In this document: piece by piece, positions 8,924-16,619 of the stretch
Numbering within the stretch: position 1 is the first letter of the stretch
Layout of the letters: each line of letters begins with the position of its first letter
DNA from: Actinomycetota bacterium
GTDB lineage: Bacteria > Actinomycetota > Actinomycetes > JBMOMH01
Assembly: GCA_049323135.1 (NCBI GenBank)
Contig: JBMOMH010000309.1
Coordinates: 1 to 45,157, forward strand
DNA: 45,157 nucleotides
Direction of reading: 5' to 3'
Translations under genes and position numbers: made by a program
Notes under the pieces: model-generated
The model's database searches: none
Told to the model about the DNA's origin: nothing
The model's input: only the letters and a program-made list of their open reading frames with translations

Positions 8924-9649
8924 CTAGCCGGCAGCACGGTCATCGGCCTCCGGAAGGGGCTGCGCGAGCAGCCGCGCCAGCTCCGCCTCGAGCCCGCCGT
9001 CGCCGACCACGAGGACGGCCAGGGGCAGCCCGAGGGTGGCGGCGGCCTGCTCGGCGCGCCGCCGCAGGTCCGGCGTCGGCCGTTGCGCCAGCCACAGCGC
9101 CCGGCGGTAGTGACCGAAGTAGTCGTCCCGCAGGTCCGGGTAGCGGTCCAGCCCCAGCTCGACGACGACGCTGCGGTGGAACGAGCGCACCAGGTAGTCG
9201 GTGAGCAGGTAGGTGCCCGGCTCGGCGGCCAGCTCCGTGGCCAGCGTCTCGGCGCCCGCGAACACCTCGTAGCAGTGCTGTCCGCGCAGCCGGCGCAGCC
9301 CCTTCCGATGGCACAGGTCGTCCAGCGCCCCGTACGTGCCGCAGTCCGCGTACGCGATGGCAACCCTGCGGTAGCGAGTGCCCAGCCGGTCTACCAGCCG
9401 TTCCACGGCCGGTACCACGCGGTCCGGATGGTTGTGCAGCAACGGGGGCAGCGGGTGTACGTCGACCGGCCAGCTGCGCCGGGCCACTACCTCGCTCACG
9501 TGGGCGGCCAGGGCGCCGCAGGCGATGACCGCGGTGCGTGCCGGCGTACCGGCCGCACTCGGCGGGCCCGAGGGCGCCCGGTCAGCCGGGGAACGCGAGA
9601 TGGGCGACGAAGCGGTCGTTGAAGTCAGGCCGGTCGGACAGCTCGACAT
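8924..9649 (-). CDS. DUF1638 domain-containing protein (start uncertain)
   Basis: The core VIACGALAAHV...HPLPPLLHNHPDRV...IAYADCGTYGALD...RLRGQHCYEVF...LLTDYL matches what I recall of DUF1638 proteins found next to MttB/corrinoid genes. The only canonical in-frame start upstream of the conserved N-terminus is ATG 9649. That start overlaps the activase gene by 68 nt. Confidence 0.6.
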   Translation of the reverse strand: MSSCPTGLTSTTASSPISRSPADRAPSGPPSAAGTPARTAVIACGALAAHVSEVVARRSWPVDVHPLPPLLHNHPDRVVPAVERLVDRLGTRYRRVAIAYADCGTYGALDDLCHRKGLRRLRGQHCYEVFAGAETLATELAAEPGTYLLTDYLVRSFHRSVVVELGLDRYPDLRDDYFGHYRRALWLAQRPTPDLRRRAEQAAATLGLPLAVLVVGDGGLEAELARLLAQPLPEADDRAAG

Positions 9650-11468
9650 AGCGCACCTCCTCCAGCAGGGCCAGGGCACCGGCGCGCTCCTGGACGCTGA
9701 GCAGCGCCATCTTCGCCCCCTCGCCGGCGACGTTGCCGGCACTGACGATGCGCAGCACGGGCAGCGCCGGCACGAGCCCGATCCGCACCGCGGAGGACGG
9801 CGACAGGTAGGACCCGAAGGAGCCCGCGAGCAGCACCTGCTGCACGTCCCGCGGCGCCAGCCCCAGCTCCTCCAGGAGCAGCTGCCAGCCCGTCGCGATG
9901 GCCGCCTTGGCGAACTGGAGCTCCCGGATGTCCCGCTGCGAGAGGTAGACCGCCTGGTCCAGGTCGCCCGGCGTCCCGCGCCAGTGCAGGACGAACACCC
10001 GCTCCGCCCCCACCCGGACCAGCCGCTCGGCCAGCGCGGGGAACTGCTCCCCGGCGACCTCGTCCGGGACGAAGCGGCCGGAGGCGTCCACCAGTCCGGT
10101 GCTCACCAGCTGCGCGACGGCGTCGACCAGCCCCGACCCGCAGATCCCCCGGGGCTCCACCCCGCCGATGGTCTCCAGGTGCACCGTGTCGTCGGCCAGC
10201 CGCACGACCTCGATGGCCCCGTCGGCGGCGCGCATGCCGCAGCGCACCGAGCCGGCTTCGAACGCCGGACCGGCCGGCGCGGCGGTGGCGAGGAGCCGCT
10301 CGCCGTCGCCGAGCACGATCTCGCAGTTGGTACCGACGTCGATGAACAGGCGTACCCGCCGGTCGCGGTCCATCCCGGCGGCCAGCGCCCCAGCGACGAT
10401 GTCGCCGCCGACGTACGCGCCCAGGTGCGGCATGAGGATGGCCCGGGCGCGCGGGTGTACCGACACCCCCAGCTCGCGGGCCAGCACCTCGGGGTACCGC
10501 CGGTCGGCGAGTACGAACGGGGCGACCCCGAGCGGCTCGGGGTCGATGCCGAGCACCAGCTGCGTCATCGTCGCGTTGCCGGCCAGGGCGATCTCGTAGA
10601 CACACTCCGGGTCCACGCCGGCCTCTGCGCACACCTCCGCAGCCAGCTCGGCGAGCGTCTGCTGGGCCAGGTCCCGCAGTCGCTCCAGGGCGGTGGGGTC
10701 CAGCATGGTGGCGCTGATCCGCGTGATGACGTCCGCGCCGAAGGGCTGCTGTTTGTTCAGCATCGACGCCACGGCCAGCGGGGTACCGGTCTCCAGGTCG
10801 AGCAGGGTGGCCACCACGGTCGTCGTACCGAGGTCGAAGGCCATCCCGTACCGCTGCGCCGTCGTGTCACCCGGCTCCAGGGCGATGAGCACGTCGTCGA
10901 CGACGACGGCGGTGACCCGCCAGCCCGCCGACCGCAGCACCCGTCCCGCACTGCGGACGACGTCGAGGTCCGGGCGGACCTCCAGGTCGTCCAGCGCGTC
11001 CACGATGCGGGCCACGTCGCTGCGCTGGTCCTGCAACGTGGGTTCGGTGAGCTCCAGGAAGCGCTTCTGCACGGCCGGGCGCAGGATCACCTGCCGCCCG
11101 ACCCCCACCGTCGCCGCCTTCGGTCGGGTCTGCAGTGGCGGCACGTCGACGCGCAGGTCCTCCCCGGCCCGGGCTAGGCAGGCCAGCCGCCAACCGTCCC
11201 GCAGCTCCTCCGGGCTGAAGGCCCGCACGTCCAGCCGTCCGACTGGGACCGACCCGTCGACGATGCGGACCTTGCACTTGCGGCAGGTGCCGTGGCCGCC
11301 ACACGTCGAGTCGATGGCCACGCCGTTCCAGCTGGCCGCCTCGAAGACGGAGACCCCCGGGGGGACCCGCACCTGCTTGCCACTGGGCGAGAAGTCGACC
11401 CGCACCCGAGCGGGGGCCGCCTCGGGCACGTCGACCTCCGGTGGGGTGGCCGGCAGGGGTTCGGTCAT
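9582..11468 (-). CDS. corrinoid reductive activase, RACo type (N-terminal plant-type 2Fe-2S ferredoxin plus ASKHA ATPase domain)
   Basis: ATG 11468 overlaps the upstream stop (ATGA). 2Fe-2S motif CGGHGTCRKCKV...LAC. ASKHA/DUF4445 blocks are GMAFDLGTTTV, LAGNATM, FIDVGTNCEIVLG, GICGSGLVD and LLAGSFGSYL. Confidence 0.85.
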   Translation of the reverse strand: MTEPLPATPPEVDVPEAAPARVRVDFSPSGKQVRVPPGVSVFEAASWNGVAIDSTCGGHGTCRKCKVRIVDGSVPVGRLDVRAFSPEELRDGWRLACLARAGEDLRVDVPPLQTRPKAATVGVGRQVILRPAVQKRFLELTEPTLQDQRSDVARIVDALDDLEVRPDLDVVRSAGRVLRSAGWRVTAVVVDDVLIALEPGDTTAQRYGMAFDLGTTTVVATLLDLETGTPLAVASMLNKQQPFGADVITRISATMLDPTALERLRDLAQQTLAELAAEVCAEAGVDPECVYEIALAGNATMTQLVLGIDPEPLGVAPFVLADRRYPEVLARELGVSVHPRARAILMPHLGAYVGGDIVAGALAAGMDRDRRVRLFIDVGTNCEIVLGDGERLLATAAPAGPAFEAGSVRCGMRAADGAIEVVRLADDTVHLETIGGVEPRGICGSGLVDAVAQLVSTGLVDASGRFVPDEVAGEQFPALAERLVRVGAERVFVLHWRGTPGDLDQAVYLSQRDIRELQFAKAAIATGWQLLLEELGLAPRDVQQVLLAGSFGSYLSPSSAVRIGLVPALPVLRIVSAGNVAGEGAKMALLSVQERAGALALLEEVRYVELSDRPDFNDRFVAHLAFPG

Positions 11469-12322
11469 GCCGGCTGCTGTTGGCGGCGGTAGCTCGCGAT
11501 CCAGCTCGCGCCCCAGGGGTCGTGGCCGAGCAGCAGGTCCGCGGCGCGCACCGACGTGACGATCGCCGGCGTGCGCGCGTCCATGATGGCGCTGGTCAGC
11601 CCGTGCGACATCGCCATGGGCAGGAACGCGGCGTTGAGGGTGTGCCGCGCCGGCAGCCCGAAGGACACGTTGGAGGCGCCCATCGTCATGTTCAGCCCGA
11701 ACTCGGCGCGGATCAGCGTGATGGTCTCCAGCGTGACGTTGACCGCCTCGGTGTCGGCACCGACCGTCATCGCCAAAGGGTCGATGACGATGTCCTCGAT
11801 CGGGATGCCGTAGCGCTCCGTGGCCACGTGCACGATCTTGCGGGTGATCCCCAGGCGCTGTGCCGGCGTCTCCGGTATGCCCGTCTCGTCGTTGGCCAGG
11901 GCGATGACGGCGGCGCCATGCCGCTTGACCAGCGGCAGGATCTGGTCCAGCCGGTCGTCCTCGGCGGTCACCGAGTTCACCAGCGCCTTGCCCTCGTACG
12001 CCGCCAGCCCGGCCTCGAGGGCCTCCACCACCGAGGAGTCGATGCACAGGGGCAGGTCGGTGCGGCTCTGCACGAGCTTCACCGCGCGTGCGAGCAGGTC
12101 CGCCTCGTCGGTCAGCGGCACACCCATGTTCACGTCGAGCACGTCGGCGCCGCCGTCCACCTGAGCCTGGACGTCGACCTCGATCTGGGACAGGTCACCG
12201 GCGCGCAGCTGCTCCTGAAACTTCCTCCGTCCGGTGGGGTTGATCCGCTCCCCGATGACGCAGAACGGCCGGTCGTGACCGATGACGACGTCCTTAGACG
12301 GCGATCGCAGGACCGTGTGCAT
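11465..12322 (-). CDS. pterin-binding methyltransferase (methylcorrinoid:tetrahydrofolate methyltransferase, MtgA/MtrH/AcsE-like)
   Basis: Start ATG 12322 (MHTVLRSP...). The pterin-binding TIM-barrel blocks are VIGERINPTG, GADVLDVNMG, LCIDSS, ALVNSV, DPLAMTVG and GASNVSFGLP. Confidence 0.8.
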   Translation of the reverse strand: MHTVLRSPSKDVVIGHDRPFCVIGERINPTGRRKFQEQLRAGDLSQIEVDVQAQVDGGADVLDVNMGVPLTDEADLLARAVKLVQSRTDLPLCIDSSVVEALEAGLAAYEGKALVNSVTAEDDRLDQILPLVKRHGAAVIALANDETGIPETPAQRLGITRKIVHVATERYGIPIEDIVIDPLAMTVGADTEAVNVTLETITLIRAEFGLNMTMGASNVSFGLPARHTLNAAFLPMAMSHGLTSAIMDARTPAIVTSVRAADLLLGHDPWGASWIASYRRQQQPA

Positions 12323-13238
12323 GATGCTGCTCCTCGGGTTGGCGGCGGGAGAGTCCCAGGTCGGACAGGAGGCGGGCCACGCTGTCGTCGTGGCGGAAGT
12401 CGGCGAGGTGCAGGCCACGCACCCCGGGCAGGGACAGGGCGTGCCGCGCCTGCTCCAGGGCCAGCTGGTAGGCGGCCTCCCGCTGGTCGGCGGCGCCCTC
12501 GACGCGGGCCACCACCTCGGGCGGGACGGTGATGCCTGGCACGTGGGCGTCGATGAAGCGCAAGGCCCGGGGCCCGCGGACCAGGCAGATGGTCGGCAGC
12601 AGCGCGACGCCCGGCGCCAGCCCGGTGGCCACCGCCTCGCGGGTGAAGTCGGCCAGCCGGCCGGGGGAGAAGCAGATCTGCAGCTGGAGGAACCGCGCCC
12701 CGGCCGCCGCCTTCTTCAGTCCGCGGCGCACCCGCAGCTCGTGGGGGGGAGCACCCGGGTTCTCCACGGCGCCGACGAACAGGTGTGGGGCGGGGTCGAT
12801 GGCCCGGCCGGACAGGTAGCGTCCGGCGGCGAGCGTGCTGGCCACCTGGACCAGCTGCGGCCCGTCCAGGTCGAAGACCCGGCGCGCCTGCGGCTCGTCG
12901 CCCGCCGTCACGTCGTCGCCCGTCAGGCAGCAGATGTTCTCGATGCCGTGCAGGGCCGCCCCGACGATGTCGGCCTGGATGGCCAGGCGGTTCTTGTCAC
13001 GACACACCACCTGCAGCACGGGCTCCACCCCGGTCTGTTGGATCGCGATGGCCACGGCCACGTTGGACGCGTGCGCGTGCGCCGCGGTGTTGTCGGTGGC
13101 GTTGACCGCGTCGACCCACGGCGCCAGCCCGGCCAGGTGCCGGCGTACGACGTCCAGCCCGCCACCGTCCACCACGGGCAGCTCGGCGGTGACGACGGGC
13201 CGCTCGCCGGTCTGCAGCAGCGTCTCCAGGAGGGACAC
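12294..13238 (-). CDS. metF: methylenetetrahydrofolate reductase, MetF type
   Basis: MTHFR-family blocks are VTAELPVVDG, DAVNATDN, VVCRDKNRLA, ENICCLTGDD and FVGAVENP. GTG start. The 3' end overlaps the downstream methyltransferase start by 29 nt. Confidence 0.8.
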   Translation of the reverse strand: MSLLETLLQTGERPVVTAELPVVDGGGLDVVRRHLAGLAPWVDAVNATDNTAAHAHASNVAVAIAIQQTGVEPVLQVVCRDKNRLAIQADIVGAALHGIENICCLTGDDVTAGDEPQARRVFDLDGPQLVQVASTLAAGRYLSGRAIDPAPHLFVGAVENPGAPPHELRVRRGLKKAAAGARFLQLQICFSPGRLADFTREAVATGLAPGVALLPTICLVRGPRALRFIDAHVPGITVPPEVVARVEGAADQREAAYQLALEQARHALSLPGVRGLHLADFRHDDSVARLLSDLGLSRRQPEEQHHAHGPAIAV

Positions 13239-13239
13239 C

Positions 13240-13617
13240 TCAATGCCCCCCGGCGTGCTCGGGGGACCACCCGGCGGGTACCTGCCGGTCCCGCCCGGTG
13301 ACCAGGTTCCACCAGGAGGACGTGCCCCGCAGCCGGTTGTCCACCGGCGGGCGCAGGTGGTGGAACTCCTCCCGCCAACCCTGGGGCAGCGGCAGGCGCT
13401 GCGAGCGTTCGTAGCCCCGCAGCCACACGCAGCGCATCTCCGGCTTCACCTCGCAGCCGCCGTCCTCGCGCACCCCGCCACACGGACCGTTGCGCAGGGT
13501 CTTGGGACAGTTCATGGGACAGGTCATACCGGTGGAGTGCAGCACGCACTGCCCGCACATCTGGCAGTCGAACACCGGACCCTTGACCGCGTGCTCGACG
13601 AGTGGCAGCAGCTTCAT
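13240..13617 (-). CDS. MetV-like Cys-rich protein (methylene-THF reductase C-terminal-domain family)
   Basis: The 125-aa ORF carries CQMCGQCVLHSTGMTCPMNCPKTLRNGPCGG, the signature I associate with MTHFR_C/MetV partners of acetogen-type MetF. It ends 1 nt before the metF start. Confidence 0.7.
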   Translation of the reverse strand: MKLLPLVEHAVKGPVFDCQMCGQCVLHSTGMTCPMNCPKTLRNGPCGGVREDGGCEVKPEMRCVWLRGYERSQRLPLPQGWREEFHHLRPPVDNRLRGTSSWWNLVTGRDRQVPAGWSPEHAGGH

Positions 13618-13626
13618 GGTGCCGCC

Positions 13627-14292
13627 TCAGGCCGGCTGCAGGGCGCGACGGCGCTGGAGCAGGTCCTTGGCACGCTTCACCGCGGCCGAGGCGTCCGCGG
13701 CGTAGCCATCGGCGCCGACCGCGTTGGCGTACTCCTGGGTCACCGGGGCACCGCCGACCATGACGATGACCTGGTCGCGCAGCCCCGCCTTCTCCAGTGC
13801 GTTGATGTTCGCCTTGAACATCGGCATCGTCGTGGTGAGGAACGCGGAGAAACCGACGATGTCCGGCCGGTGCTCCTGGATCGCCTCGACGAAGCGTTCC
13901 GGGGCGACCTGGACGCCGAGGTCGATGACGGTGAAGCCGGCGCCCTCCAGCATGATGTTCACCAGGTTCTTGCCGATGTCGTGGACGTCACCCTTGACGG
14001 TTCCCATGAGGAAGGTGCCCACCGACTCCGCACCCGTCTGGGCCAGCAGGGGTCGCAGCACGTCGAGCGCGCCGCTCATCGCCTTCCCGGCGATGAGCAT
14101 CTCCGGGACGAAGAAGTCGCCCCGCTCGAACCGCGCCCCGACCTCCTCCAGGGAGGGGATCAGGGCGTCGAAGAGCATGGTCTCCGCGCTGACGCCCGCG
14201 GCGAGGCCCGCCCGCGTCAGGTCGAGCACCGCGGGGCCGTTGCCCACCAGCGTCTGCTCGTAGAGACCGGTCAGGATCTGCTCGGGCGTCAT
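13627..14292 (-). CDS. corrinoid (cobalamin-binding) methyl-carrier protein, MtgC/MtbC/MttC-like
   Basis: An N-terminal B12-binding cap helix bundle is followed by a Rossmann domain with the base-off/His-on motif GDVHDIGKN, then GFSAFLTTT and MVGGAP. Confidence 0.9.
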   Translation of the reverse strand: MTPEQILTGLYEQTLVGNGPAVLDLTRAGLAAGVSAETMLFDALIPSLEEVGARFERGDFFVPEMLIAGKAMSGALDVLRPLLAQTGAESVGTFLMGTVKGDVHDIGKNLVNIMLEGAGFTVIDLGVQVAPERFVEAIQEHRPDIVGFSAFLTTTMPMFKANINALEKAGLRDQVIVMVGGAPVTQEYANAVGADGYAADASAAVKRAKDLLQRRRALQPA

Positions 14293-15062
14293 GCGGCGCC
14301 CTCCTTTCGTGGGTGGTGGCCGAGCCGGGCCGAGAGGCCGCGGCCTTCGGCGGCGAGCAAGGCCCCGATCGACTCGACGCGGTCAGGAGTGATCCGCGCT
14401 GTGGGTCCGGAGACCGACAGTGCCGCGACGACGGTGCCGGTGCCGGCCCGCACCGGGGCGGCGACGGCGACGAGGCCCGGCTCGAGCTCCTCCACCGCGA
14501 CCGCCCAGCCGCGCCGGGTGACCGCCTGCAGGTCGACGGCCAGGGCTTCGCGGGTGGTGATGGTGTGCGGCGTACGCCGCTCCAAGCGCCCGCCAGGCAG
14601 CACGGTGGCGCCGTACGCCAGAAAGACCTTGCCCAGCGCCGAGCAGTGCAGCGGGACGGGCAGCCCCACCCAGTTCGTGGCGCCCAGCAGGTAGCGGCTG
14701 TCCACCTGCGCGACCTGCAGCACCTTGTCACCTTGGGGGACGGCGAGGTTGACCGTCTCCCCGGTCAGCTCGCCCAGCCGTTCGAGGACCGGCTGCGCCA
14801 TGGCGACCAGGTCCTCCCCGGCGTCGTGCCGGGACGCGTAGAGCGCGAACACCGGCCCCGCGTGGAACGCGCCGGACCTGTCCCGCTGGACGAGGCCGTG
14901 CCGCTCCAGCGCCTGCAGGATCCGGGAGGTGGTGGACCGGGCCAGCCCCGAGGCCGCGGCGAGGTCGGTGAAGGTCACCCCGGCGGGGCGCTCGACGACG
15001 CGCACCAGCAGCTCGGCGGCCCGGTCGATCGCCTGGGTGCCGGTCTGCGCGGGAGGGGCCAC
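14289..15062 (-). CDS. IclR-family transcriptional regulator (first cistron of the corrinoid operon)
   Basis: The N-terminal wHTH is IDRAAELL...FTDLAAASGLARSTTSRILQALE, followed by a C-terminal IclR effector domain. GTG start. The stop overlaps the corrinoid-protein ATG (ATGA). Confidence 0.85.
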   Translation of the reverse strand: MAPPAQTGTQAIDRAAELLVRVVERPAGVTFTDLAAASGLARSTTSRILQALERHGLVQRDRSGAFHAGPVFALYASRHDAGEDLVAMAQPVLERLGELTGETVNLAVPQGDKVLQVAQVDSRYLLGATNWVGLPVPLHCSALGKVFLAYGATVLPGGRLERRTPHTITTREALAVDLQAVTRRGWAVAVEELEPGLVAVAAPVRAGTGTVVAALSVSGPTARITPDRVESIGALLAAEGRGLSARLGHHPRKEGAA

Positions 15063-15108
15063 CTGCTGCCCTCGATCCTCGGTGAGAGTTCCACATCATG
15101 GGAGCACT

Positions 15109-15120
15109 GTTCCAAGGAAC
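15109..15120. promoter_or_regulatory. perfect palindrome GTTCCAAGGAAC in the iclR / MttB-family divergent spacer; candidate operator
   Basis: Read directly. A further GTTCC copy lies 21 nt upstream (15088). A TAGGAT -10-like hexamer follows at about 15126-15131. A GGAGG Shine-Dalgarno element sits 5 nt before ATG 15180. Confidence 0.35.
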
Positions 15121-15179
15121 GAGCGTAGGATGCCGGGCGACCACCGTCAAGGGGCAGGGCAGAACGGGCTGGAGGTCCG

Positions 15180-16619
15180 ATGTTCGTCAACGCGATGCCG
15201 CGGTACGAGATCCTCACCGGCGAAGCCATGGCGGTCCTGGACAAGGGCTGGCGACGCATCGTCTCCGAGATCGGCGTGGAGTTCATGTCCGAGCGGGCCC
15301 TGGACCTGTTCCGGGCCGCCGGCCAGCGGGTCGAGGGCCACAACGTGCGGCTGGACCCCGACTTCGTCCTGGCGCAGGTGGCCCAGGCCCCCCGGGAGTT
15401 CGACGTACAGGCCCGCAACCCGGCCCACTCGGTGCACATCGGCGGCCAGCACATGGCATTCGGCGGTGTCTACGGCCCGCCCTTCGTCCGGCAGGGAGGT
15501 GTCCGGCGGGACGCCACCATGGAGGACTTCCGTCGGTTCACCCGGCTCGCGCAGAGCTTCCCCCAGCTGGACTCCGCGGGCGGCGTGATCTGCGAGCCCA
15601 ACGACGCCCCGCTGGACTCTCGGCATCTGGACATGGTGCTGGCGCTGCAGACCCTGACCGACAAGATCTACATGGGTAACGTGGTATCCGGGGCGAACGC
15701 GCGGGACACCCTGGCGATGACCGAGATCCTCTTCGGCGGCCGGGAGCACATCGAGGCCACCCCGGCCACCATCTCGCTCATCAACTGCAACTCCCCGCTG
15801 CGTTGGGACGACCGGATGCTGGACGCGCAGTTCGAGTACAGCGCGGCGAATCAGCCGGTGGTGCTCACCCCGTTCCTGCTCATGGGCGCCATGTCCCCGG
15901 TGTCCGTGCCCGCCACCCTGGTGCAGCAGATGGCCGAGGCGCTGTCCGGCATTGCGCTGTCCCAGCTCATCCGTCCCGGCTGCCCCGTCATCTTCGGCTC
16001 GTTCCTGTCGAACATCGACATGCAGTCCGGGTCGCCCTGCTTCGGCACGCCCGAGTCGGCGGTGGGGCTGCTGTGCACCGGGCAGATCGCCCGGCACTTC
16101 GGCCTGCCCTGGCGGTCCGGGGGCGGGCTCACCTCCAGCCAGACCGCCGACGCCCAGGCGGCCTACGAGGCCCTGATGACGATGCTGCCGACCTTCCTCG
16201 CCGGTGCGAACTGGGTGATGCACTCCGCGGGCTGGCTCGAGGGCGGGCTCGTGGCGTCGTACGAGAAGTTCATCATCGACGTGGAGATCCTGCGCATGCT
16301 GCAGGTCGAGTTCACCCCGCTGGACATCGACGAGGCGTCGCTGGCGTTCGACGCGCACCAGGAGGTCGGTCACGGCGGCCACTTCCTCGGCGCGGCCCAC
16401 ACCATGGAACGGTTCCGGACCTGCTTCTACCGGCCGCTGCTGTCCTCCTCGGAGAACCACGAGCGGTGGCTGCGCAACGGGGCCCGCGACGCGGCCGCCC
16501 GGGCGGGGGAGATCGCCGAGCGGACCCTGGCGGCGTACGAGCCGCCGCCGCTGGACGACGCGATCCGGGCCGAGCTGGAGGAGTATGTCGTCAAGCGCCG
16601 GGCCGAGCTCGGCGACTGA
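15180..16619 (+). CDS. MttB-superfamily methyltransferase, non-pyrrolysine type (quaternary amine, e.g. glycine betaine:corrinoid methyltransferase-like)
   Basis: The 479-aa ORF is uninterrupted and has no in-frame TAG. Blocks RYEILT...AMAVLDKGWRRI, LINCNSPLRWD, LTPFLLMGAMSPVS, VMHSAGWLEGGL and FIIDVEILRM are typical of the MttB TIM-barrel family. Confidence 0.9.
   Translation: MFVNAMPRYEILTGEAMAVLDKGWRRIVSEIGVEFMSERALDLFRAAGQRVEGHNVRLDPDFVLAQVAQAPREFDVQARNPAHSVHIGGQHMAFGGVYGPPFVRQGGVRRDATMEDFRRFTRLAQSFPQLDSAGGVICEPNDAPLDSRHLDMVLALQTLTDKIYMGNVVSGANARDTLAMTEILFGGREHIEATPATISLINCNSPLRWDDRMLDAQFEYSAANQPVVLTPFLLMGAMSPVSVPATLVQQMAEALSGIALSQLIRPGCPVIFGSFLSNIDMQSGSPCFGTPESAVGLLCTGQIARHFGLPWRSGGGLTSSQTADAQAAYEALMTMLPTFLAGANWVMHSAGWLEGGLVASYEKFIIDVEILRMLQVEFTPLDIDEASLAFDAHQEVGHGGHFLGAAHTMERFRTCFYRPLLSSSENHERWLRNGARDAAARAGEIAERTLAAYEPPPLDDAIRAELEEYVVKRRAELGD

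Noticed and set aside
15180-16619. Possible pyrrolysine (in-frame TAG) in the MttB-family gene
   Set aside because: The ORF is continuous with no internal amber codon, and no pyl genes are in the window. It is a non-Pyl member.
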